Origin: Acetohalobium arabaticum DSM 5501
GTDB lineage: Bacteria; Bacillota; Halanaerobiia; Halobacteroidales; Acetohalobiaceae
Direction: 5' to 3'
Length of the DNA stretch: 32,000 nucleotides
NCBI RefSeq assembly: GCF_000144695.1
Contig: NC_014378.1
Coordinates: 376,781 to 408,780 of the forward strand
Shown: one piece after another, positions 1 to 6,393 of the stretch
How positions within the stretch are numbered: position 1 is the stretch's first letter
Layout: every line of letters begins with the position of its first letter
The notes under the pieces: model-generated
What the model saw: only the letters and a program-made list of their open reading frames with translations
What the model was told of the DNA's origin: nothing
The model's database searches: none
Translations under genes and position numbers: made by a program

Positions 1-357
1 GATCCGATTGCTGGTTTAGTAGTAGCTTTATGCATCTTAAAAACAGGAATAGATATCTTTCAGGAGGCAGCTAATGAATTAATGGATGCGGCTCCTGAGC
101 AGGAAGTGTTTGATAAAATTCTGGAGATTATTAATTCAATTGATAATGTAATCGAGGTTAAGAATCTAAAGATCAGAAGCCACGGGCCGGATTATTTTAT
201 AGATGTGAAAGTAATTGTTGATAATCAATTATCAGTAATCGAAGGCCATGAGATAGCTGTTCAGGTAAGGGATGAGATTCAGCAGTGGAATGATAATATT
301 CAAGAGGTTCTGGTTCATATTGATCCGGAAGGAGCTAAAGAAGAATATACTCAATAG
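1..357 (+). CDS. Cation diffusion facilitator (CDF) family metal transporter, C-terminal part; the 5' end lies outside the window
   Basis: Frame 1 is open from nt 1 (DPIAGLVVALCILKTGIDIFQEAANELMD...) and runs into the track ORF. The C-terminal cytoplasmic domain pattern (VIEVKNLKIRSHGPDYFIDVKV...GHEIAVQVRDEI...VLVHIDPE) is typical of CDF proteins. TAG stop at 355-357. Confidence 0.8.
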   Translation, partial: DPIAGLVVALCILKTGIDIFQEAANELMDAAPEQEVFDKILEIINSIDNVIEVKNLKIRSHGPDYFIDVKVIVDNQLSVIEGHEIAVQVRDEIQQWNDNIQEVLVHIDPEGAKEEYTQ

Positions 358-369
358 AAGTGAATTTTT

Positions 370-398
370 ATGACAGGGTAGAGAAAGTATGTTATAAT
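370..398 (+). promoter_or_regulatory. Sigma-A type promoter candidate for ytaF
   Basis: ATGACA (370-375), 17-nt spacer, TATAAT (393-398) preceded by TGT (extended -10). Confidence 0.5.
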
Positions 399-474
399 GT
401 GGACAGACACAGAGTTATTCTCCCTTCCATATATTAATTAGTGTAATATATTATGGAGGGAGGAGAATAAGATT

Positions 475-1143
475 GTGCAGATAATTCCAATTTTACTACT
501 GGCTTTAGCTATTAGTTTAGATGGTCTGGCAGTAGGAATTACTTATGGTATGCGCAAAATTAAATTACCTCTTCTATCGTTGATTATTATTAGCTTAACT
601 TCAGCTATTTCAGTTTTGATTTCGATGTTATTTGGCCATTTAATAACTAACTTTTTATCGGTTAAAGTAACTGAAGTTTTAGGTGGAAGTATCTTAATCT
701 TAATTGGGTTATGGATTCTATATCAAGCAGTAAGACAGTTATTAATTGAACAGACAATGAATGCAGATATTTCGGTTAATAATAATTCGATTTCTGACCA
801 GCCTTTATTTGATTTTAAAATCAAATCTTTGGGAATAGTAATTAAGATATTAAAGGAACCTACAAGAGCCGATTTTGATTATTCAGGAACCATTAGTAAA
901 CAGGAAGCGGTCTTTTTAGGTTTTGCGTTAGCTTTAGACGGCTTTGGAGCCGGAATAGGGGCTGCTATGACCGGGTTTGCTCCGTTGCTTACAGCTTCTA
1001 TAGCTGGAGTTGTAATCTTTGGCTGTCTTTTTTTGGGGCTTTATTTGGGAGATAAATATAATTTAAAAGAGGCCGATTCTAGAATTACTCTGCTGCCGGG
1101 ACTATTATTAATTATATTAGGAGCAGTCAAATTATTTAAATAA
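475..1143 (+). CDS. ytaF: Sporulation membrane protein YtaF (MntP/DUF204-like integral membrane protein)
   Basis: GTG start preceded by GGAGGGAGGAG. Multi-pass hydrophobic protein with duplicated LDGxxxGxxxG-type motifs (ISLDGLAVGITYG, ALALDGFGAGIGAA) as in the YtaF/MntP family. Confidence 0.7.
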   Translation: MQIIPILLLALAISLDGLAVGITYGMRKIKLPLLSLIIISLTSAISVLISMLFGHLITNFLSVKVTEVLGGSILILIGLWILYQAVRQLLIEQTMNADISVNNNSISDQPLFDFKIKSLGIVIKILKEPTRADFDYSGTISKQEAVFLGFALALDGFGAGIGAAMTGFAPLLTASIAGVVIFGCLFLGLYLGDKYNLKEADSRITLLPGLLLIILGAVKLFK

Positions 1144-1204
1144 AATAATTTTCTATTAAATGTAGTTAAGACTGAATAATATTACATAAAAGGGGCTTAT
1201 AAAG

Positions 1205-1819
1205 ATGTTGATAGGATTAACTGGAGGAATTGCCAGCGGTAAAAGTACTGTCAGTAATATACTTAAAGATATAGGTATTCCAGTTATTGATGCTGATCTG
1301 ATTGCTAGGGAAGTGGTTAAGCCGGGCAAGCCGGCCTGGCAGAAAATAGTTAATACATTTGGTAATGAAGTATTATTACCTAATCAACAGCTTGATAGAG
1401 AAAAATTAAGCCAGATTATATTTGAGAATTCTAAAGCTAAAGAGAAACTAGATCAGATTACTCATCCGGAGATAATCAGAGAAATTAAAAAGCGGATTGA
1501 TAGTCTGCAGACCCAGGGAGAAGAGGTGATTGTTGCTGATATTCCTTTATTGATTGAAACAGGGATGGTTGAGTTCTTTGATGAAATTTGGGTAGTATAT
1601 GTTAGCCGCCAAACTCAGTTAAAAAGATTAATAAATAGAGATGAGATTGATTACCAGACAGCAGTTAATAAGATAGAAGCCCAGATGCCGTTGGAAGAGA
1701 AGAAAGAGTATGCTGACCGTTTAATAGTTAATGAAGGAGATAAAGGGGATTTAGAGGATACAATAATATCTATCTGGAGGGAAATCAATGCCGAAAAGAA
1801 TTGCACTAATTGCCCATGA
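1205..1819 (+). CDS. coaE: Dephospho-CoA kinase
   Basis: N-terminal P-loop [16 protein letters not shown], a length of about 200 aa and the ITHPEI motif are typical of CoaE. Confidence 0.9.
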   Translation: MLIGLTGGIASGKSTVSNILKDIGIPVIDADLIAREVVKPGKPAWQKIVNTFGNEVLLPNQQLDREKLSQIIFENSKAKEKLDQITHPEIIREIKKRIDSLQTQGEEVIVADIPLLIETGMVEFFDEIWVVYVSRQTQLKRLINRDEIDYQTAVNKIEAQMPLEEKKEYADRLIVNEGDKGDLEDTIISIWREINAEKNCTNCP

Positions 1820-2168
1820 TGAGAAGAAGGATGATTTAATTCAATTTGCCAGGGATTATCAATCAACATTGAGCCGATTTGATTTAATTGCTACCGGTAC
1901 TACTGGTAAATTAATTAATGAAAGGACTGAACTTGAAGTAACTAGAATGCAGTCTGGACCGTTAGGCGGTGACCAACAGATCGGTGCTGAGGTAGCCCAT
2001 GACCGCTTGGATGGTATTATTTTTCTGCGTGATCCGCTGACAGCCCAGCCTCATGAACCTGATGTTAGTGCGCTGCTTAGAGTCTGTGATGTGCATGATA
2101 TTCCCATATCTACTAATTTAGCAACTGCTATTATGGTTGTAACTTATTTAGAAGCTGACTTTGATTAA
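1788..2168 (+). CDS. mgsA: Methylglyoxal synthase
   Basis: [13 protein letters not shown]...LIATGTTG...[11 protein letters not shown]...[12 protein letters not shown] is the conserved MgsA signature. RBS GGAGGGA lies upstream. The gene overlaps the coaE 3' end by 32 nt. Confidence 0.9.
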   Translation: MPKRIALIAHDEKKDDLIQFARDYQSTLSRFDLIATGTTGKLINERTELEVTRMQSGPLGGDQQIGAEVAHDRLDGIIFLRDPLTAQPHEPDVSALLRVCDVHDIPISTNLATAIMVVTYLEADFD

Positions 2169-2182
2169 GGAGTGTTGAAGGT

Positions 2183-2761
2183 TTGGTTATTGGTCCTAAA
2201 GAGTTAAAGATTATATTAATAATTCTTCTCTGTTTAATTATCAGTGCAGTAGTGATTATCAATTTTAAAAATATATTAAAAATCTTTTATCCTCTTTATT
2301 ATGAAGATTTAATCTTTAAGTATGCAGAGAAGAATAATCTTGATCCTTATTTAGTAGCAGCAGTAATTAGGGTAGAGAGTAAATTTAATTCAGAGGCTAC
2401 TTCTCGGCAGGGAGCAAGAGGTTTAATGCAGATTATGCCTGAGACTGGTGAATGGATAGCTGATCAGCTAAAAATTGATGATTTTGATACTGATGATCTC
2501 TATGATCCTGAGGTTAATATCTCTTTTGGAAGCTGGTACTTGGCCCATTTGAAGAGATTCTTTGATGGTAATCTTACAGTAGTAATTGCTGCCTACAATG
2601 GGGGACAGGGTAATGTCAATAAATGGTTAGAACTAAAAGAGTGGACAGGTAAGGAGAAGGATTCTAAGCAGATACCTTTTCCTGAAACTAGAGATTATGT
2701 TGAAAAAGTTCTTAATACCTATCAATGGTATCATAAGATCTACCGGCCAGAGACTCGGTAG
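2183..2761 (+). CDS. Membrane-anchored lytic transglycosylase (SLT domain)
   Basis: N-terminal TM helix, then the SLT catalytic motif (VIRVESKFN...SRQGARGLMQIMPETG...AAYNGG). TTG is the only in-frame start after the upstream stop. TAG stop. Confidence 0.8.
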   Translation: MVIGPKELKIILIILLCLIISAVVIINFKNILKIFYPLYYEDLIFKYAEKNNLDPYLVAAVIRVESKFNSEATSRQGARGLMQIMPETGEWIADQLKIDDFDTDDLYDPEVNISFGSWYLAHLKRFFDGNLTVVIAAYNGGQGNVNKWLELKEWTGKEKDSKQIPFPETRDYVEKVLNTYQWYHKIYRPETR

Positions 2762-2770
2762 ATCTTTTTT
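2736..2770 (+). terminator. Rho-independent terminator overlapping the end of the SLT gene
   Basis: Perfect 10-bp stem AGATCTACCG (2736-2745) / CGGTAGATCT (2756-2765) followed by a T run (2765-2770). Confidence 0.7.
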
Positions 2771-2797
2771 AAAGCGATTATAGTCAGAATAACTTAT

Positions 2798-2826
2798 TTG
2801 ACTCATAAAAATATTTTATATATAAT
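2798..2826 (+). promoter_or_regulatory. Consensus sigma-A promoter P1 upstream of yedF
   Basis: TTGACT (2798-2803), 17-nt spacer, TATAAT (2821-2826). Confidence 0.55.
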
Positions 2827-2850
2827 TAAAATAAAGCTGTTGTAAGTTAA

Positions 2851-2879
2851 TTGACTGATAAAATAAGGTCATATATAAT
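2851..2879 (+). promoter_or_regulatory. Consensus sigma-A promoter P2 upstream of yedF
   Basis: TTGACT (2851-2856), 17-nt spacer, TATAAT (2874-2879). Confidence 0.55.
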
Positions 2880-2935
2880 TTGAATAAAAATAATTATCAT
2901 ATGATCAAATAATTTATTTAATCGGAGGGATATAG

Positions 2936-3529
2936 ATGATCAAAGTTGATGCTCGAGGTTTAGACTGTCCTCAGCCAGTAATTAAGACAAAAGATGCTAT
3001 AAACAAAGGAGAAAAGGTTGAAACATTGGTCGATAATAAAACAGCCTGTAAAAATTTACAGAAGTTAGGCGATAAGATGAATTGTAATGTTGAAGTGATG
3101 GAAGTGGATGATGATTTTCAATTAACCTTTATACCGGAAGAAGAACTTGTTACCTCCTCGACTACTTCCGAAGAATTAGATGATACCGGTGATAGTGGAG
3201 GGAAGGTTTACTTTATCAGCTCTGATGTAGTAGGAGAAGGAGACCAAGAATTAGGTGAAATCTTAATTAAAGGCTTTACTTATACGTTAACTGAAATAGC
3301 TCCTAAACCTAAAGCAATAGTCTTTATGAATGATGGAGTTAAGTTACCTACATTGAATGATGAAGTAATAGATAATCTGAAAATATTAGAGGAAGCAGGG
3401 ATAGAGATTATATCCTGTGGAACCTGTCTGGATTATTATGGTTTAAAGGATGAATTAGCTGTAGGAGAAGTTTCAAATATGTATACTATTGTTGAAACGT
3501 TAAATAATAATCCAGTAGTAACAGTCTAA
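2936..3529 (+). CDS. yedF: Selenium metabolism protein YedF (TusA/SirA-like N-domain plus DsrE-like C-domain)
   Basis: N-terminal ARGLDCPQPVIKTK (CPxP motif of TusA-like sulfur/selenium carriers), a C-terminal DsrE-like domain ending in CGTCLDYYG, and a position directly upstream of selD. Confidence 0.8.
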   Translation: MIKVDARGLDCPQPVIKTKDAINKGEKVETLVDNKTACKNLQKLGDKMNCNVEVMEVDDDFQLTFIPEEELVTSSTTSEELDDTGDSGGKVYFISSDVVGEGDQELGEILIKGFTYTLTEIAPKPKAIVFMNDGVKLPTLNDEVIDNLKILEEAGIEIISCGTCLDYYGLKDELAVGEVSNMYTIVETLNNNPVVTV

Positions 3530-3536
3530 AATATTA

Positions 3537-3960
3537 TTGATATATTGTTGCAGTTTAGAGTTGATATCTTGCAAACGCTCCAGAAATCAGTCCTAGTCAC
3601 TCAGCAGTAAATAAATCTTAGTGTTATGATTTAAAGATTCCGTTTTATATGTTAACTATTCTCTCTTGTGGGACTGCTTTAAAGTCGCTTTTTGCAAGAT
3701 ATCAACTAAATTATGCAAAATTATCTAAGGAAGCGTTTAAAATCAGATTAATGAAAATTCTATGCTATAAATAGTCAACATTTCTCTGGAGCGACTCTTA
3801 AAACTGACTCGGAACCAGGGATGGTGGAGAGTCAGTTTTGGATAATGAGTGAGACAGGACGTCGAACGAATGGCAAGCGTAAGAGATTTGTTGACTATAA
3901 TCTGCAATATCATGAAAGAAATTATATTAGTTGTAAATGGAAAGTGACACAATATATCAA
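3537..3960 (+). repeat. Non-coding TIR-bounded repeat element, copy S (MITE-like, 424 bp), filling the yedF-selD spacer
   Basis: The termini are TTGATATATTGTTGCAG (3537-3553) and GTGACACAATATATCAA (3944-3960), which match as inverted repeats at 14/17. The element is homologous along its length, in reverse orientation, to 27512-28067. The 45-nt end 3537-3581 is the exact reverse complement of 28023-28067. Confidence 0.7.
3771..3898 (+). ncRNA. 128-nt structured core of the repeat element; candidate structured RNA or ssDNA fold of unknown class
   Basis: Nested helices (ATAGTCAACA/TGTTGACTAT and AAAACTGACTC/GAGTCAGTTTT) are supported by compensatory changes relative to the copy at 27547-27674. 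No reading frame is conserved between the two copies. Confidence 0.4.
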
Positions 3961-4013
3961 TAAAGTTGCAATTTGTGGCCCATCAATTAATAATAGAAGG
4001 GGTGAATAAAGCA

Positions 4014-5048
4014 ATGAATGATAAAAATACATGTCAGCTAACAGCTGGAGGCGGTTGAGCAGCTAAAATAGGTCCTGAGACCTTATCGCAAGTTTTGCGA
4101 TCAGTTCCTACTGTTACTAATGAACGGGAATTAGTTGGATTAAGTACTTCTGATGATGCTTCGGTAATTAAGTTAAATGAAAAGCAAGCTTTGATCCAAT
4201 CACTGGATTTTTTTACTCCAGTAGTCGAGGATCCCTATTTATTTGGTCAGATAGCGGCTGCCAATGCTTTAAGTGATATCTATGCTATGGGCGGTGAGCC
4301 GTTGAGTGCCATGAATATTGTTGGTTTTCCTCCTGAACTCGATACTGAGATTTTAGAAAAGATTCTCCAGGGAGGAGCAGATAAAGTAAAAGAAGCAGGG
4401 GCAATTTTAGCTGGCGGCCATACTATTGAGGATGAAGAGACTAAATATGGTCTTTCTGCCAGTGGCTTAGTGGCTCCAGCAGATATGGTATCAAATGCGG
4501 GAGCTGAGCCGGGAGATAAGCTGGTACTAACTAAACCGCTTGGAATCGGAATTGCTGTGACTGCTATTAACGGAGGTTTAAGTCCTGGAGGTGAAAATAG
4601 TCCGGCTATTCAGGAAATGTTAACTCTGAATAAAGATGCAGCCGAAGTTATGCAGAAAATAGGAGTTAATGCTGCTACTGATGTAACAGGTTTTGGTTTA
4701 TTAGGCCATCTTTGGGAGTTAGTATCGGCCAGTGGAGTACAGGCTGTAGTTAACTTTTCAACCATTCCATTACTGTCTGAAGTAATAGAATGGGCTGAGA
4801 TGGGCTTAGTACCTGGCGGTGCTTATAGTAATCAGGAGTATATTAATGAACATATAGACTTTACAGCTGGATTTGAAGAAGCGAAGCAGAATGTATTATT
4901 TGATCCTCAGACTTCCGGCGGGCTTTTAATTTCGGTTACTGCTGACAAGGCTGATAAATTAGAAATTGCTTTACAGAAGAAAGGAGTAACTTCTGCTATT
5001 ATTGGGCGGATTGAGTCTGGAGAAGCTGCAATTAAGGTGAAAGAATAA
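4014..5048 (+). CDS. selD: Selenide, water dikinase (selenophosphate synthetase), selenocysteine-containing form; TGA at 4056-4058 is read as Sec
   Basis: ATG at 4014 follows the RBS GAAGGGG and is in frame with track ORF 4095-5048 (81 nt upstream). It translates as MNDKNTCQLTAGGG-U-AAKIGPETLSQVL, which aligns with the E. coli SelD motif SHGAGCGCKISPKVL, placing Sec at the catalytic Cys17 position. The rest of the protein is a typical SelD (DFFTPVVEDPYLFGQIAAANALSDIYAMGG, TDVTGFGLLGH, DPQTSGGLL). Confidence 0.9.
4059..4101 (+). promoter_or_regulatory. Candidate SECIS region downstream of the selD UGA
   Basis: There are two hairpins after the UGA. The first is AGGUC-CUGA-GACCU (4070-4083) and can be extended with a bulged U. 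The second is AUCGCAA-GUU-UUGCGAU (4085-4101). Either lies within the usual distance of a bacterial SECIS apical loop from the UGA. Confidence 0.45.
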
Positions 5049-5130
5049 AAGATAATCAACAGCAGGATTCATACGCGCTGTCATTTTAAACCAGAAGAAT
5101 TGCAACGGTAGATCGAAATTAATATCTGTT

Positions 5131-5173
5131 AAACAGCAACTATCAATCTTTGGTAGTTGTTGTTTGTTTTTTT
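5131..5173 (+). terminator. Rho-independent terminator of selD
   Basis: 14-bp stem AAACAGCAACTATC (5131-5144) / GGTAGTTGTTGTTT (5152-5165) with two G:U pairs, followed by GTTTTTTT. Confidence 0.75.
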
Positions 5174-5218
5174 GGAGCTTTTGCAAGATATCAACTCTAC
5201 ACTGCAACATTTTATAAT
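5174..5218 (+). repeat. Solo terminal segment of the repeat family
   Basis: GGAGCTTTTGCAAGATATCAACTCTACACTGCAACA matches the element end at 28023-28058 at 34/36. It is inverted relative to 3546-3581. Confidence 0.6.
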
Positions 5219-5369
5219 TTCTACTCCAACTTGCTTACTTAAGCTATTAAGGTCGGTAAAGAGTTGAAAGAAATATTATTTTTTGACGTATAAAACTAAC
5301 TTCATTAAGAGATAATATTTATAAGGCTGAAGAAATGATTTACTGGAAATCCAAGTTGGAGGTGGAAGT

Positions 5370-6050
5370 ATGAGTTTAGAAGAAATGACAAAGAAAGAAC
5401 AGATAATTAATTTTGCTAGGAATGATCCTTTCTTGAAGATCAGTGATATTGCTGAACATGTTCAGACAACTCCTCGTTATGTCAGAACTATTCTTTCCGA
5501 GGCTGATATTTCACTAATGAAGTTAAGAGAAAAGTATGCCCGGAATATGGAAGAGCGATTACAGGTAAAGGATGGTAATTCCCAGAAGGCAGAGATTAGA
5601 TTGACTAATCAACAGGGTGATATGGAGACGGGAAATATTAGATTTAATCAGATTACTGAACAGGAATTTGATGAACTGCAGAAGATTGATTCTGAACAAG
5701 AATTATATAAAGTATCACAGAGACAATTGGTAAATGGAGAGCCCTTTGGCCTTCAGGAAGTAATTACATATTTAGACTCAGAAGTGATAGAAGAGAAGAA
5801 CCAGGATTTAAATTCATTATATGAGTTATTTGGAGAAGATTCACTCAGCAAATTAAAGTTTAAGAATAATGTTATGCAGGTGGAAACGGCTAATCAGTTT
5901 TTAGCGAAGTTATTGGATATTGATAGAGATGCTCCAATTATTAAGAGTCAGCGCTTGATTTTAATCGGTAAGATGTCGGTTGCTATTGAAAACTGCTTTT
6001 TTGATGCTAATGAGGTTGAATTAGTGGTTCCAGGGGAATTTGTTATTTAA
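5370..6050 (+). CDS. Putative transcriptional regulator: N-terminal HTH and a C-terminal UTRA-like (GntR/HutC effector-domain-like) region
   Basis: N-terminal segment ISDIAEHVQTTPRYVRTILSEADI resembles a helix-turn-helix. The C-terminal half has the alternating pattern of UTRA domains. The assignment comes from pattern recognition only. Confidence 0.5.
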   Translation: MSLEEMTKKEQIINFARNDPFLKISDIAEHVQTTPRYVRTILSEADISLMKLREKYARNMEERLQVKDGNSQKAEIRLTNQQGDMETGNIRFNQITEQEFDELQKIDSEQELYKVSQRQLVNGEPFGLQEVITYLDSEVIEEKNQDLNSLYELFGEDSLSKLKFKNNVMQVETANQFLAKLLDIDRDAPIIKSQRLILIGKMSVAIENCFFDANEVELVVPGEFVI

Positions 6051-6083
6051 TCTGGAAAATCTATTATTTAATGAACGAAAGTA

Positions 6084-6126
6084 AAGCAGTGCAGACGTTT
6101 AATTAAATGTCTGTGCTGCTTTTTTG
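6084..6126 (+). terminator. Rho-independent terminator of the regulator gene
   Basis: Stem AAGCAGTGCAGAC / GTCTGTGCTGCTT (two G:U pairs) followed by a T run. Confidence 0.7.
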
Positions 6127-6318
6127 TATTTTAGGATAAATAGTAAAGAACCCACCCTTATTTATATGGGTGATGAATTTACTACCTATTCTTTGATTCA
6201 ATATCAAAGAATAGGTTATTTTTTGTTTAAATATTAACTATATGTAATTGTATTAAGCCTTGATATTATTGTTATCCAAGGCATTATATGATATACTATA
6301 TATAAAAGGTGATAACAA

Positions 6319-6393
6319 TTGAGTAACCAAAATAATCTAATTCATGCTAGAACATGTGTTTATAATGTTGGCTATCATAAGGAGGTGAGCTAA
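6319..6393 (+). pseudogene. tnpA: Vestigial 5' fragment of a Y1 transposase gene (tnpA)
   Basis: TTG start with RBS AAAGGTGA. It translates as MSNQNNLIHARTCVYNVGYHKEVS*. The H-x-R...Y-x-x-x-YH pattern resembles the N-terminus of IS200/IS605 TnpA (for example ..LAHTRWNCKYHIVF..). The stop TAA abuts the tnpB TTG start. Confidence 0.4.

Noticed and set aside
358-474. yybP-ykoY (Mn2+) riboswitch upstream of the MntP-like ytaF
   Set aside because: The conserved GGGGAGUAG and UUGACAUA-type segments are not present. Only a generic SD-sequestering hairpin was seen.
3530-3965. Target-site duplications flanking the repeat copies
   Set aside because: Copy S could be flanked by TA/TA, but copy P's flanks (TTTAA and CATTG) do not show the same duplication. 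Two copies cannot settle this.
3743-4009. Small ORFs inside the repeat element (3821-4009 plus strand, 3743-3952 minus strand) as genes
   Set aside because: The homologous region in copy P has the corresponding ATG in a different frame and stops after 25 codons. The conservation follows base-pairing, not codons.
4095-5048. TTG 4095 as the selD start (track ORF)
   Set aside because: This start would remove the catalytic glycine-rich N-terminal loop. An in-frame ATG at 4014 with an RBS restores it, with UGA at the Cys17-equivalent position.
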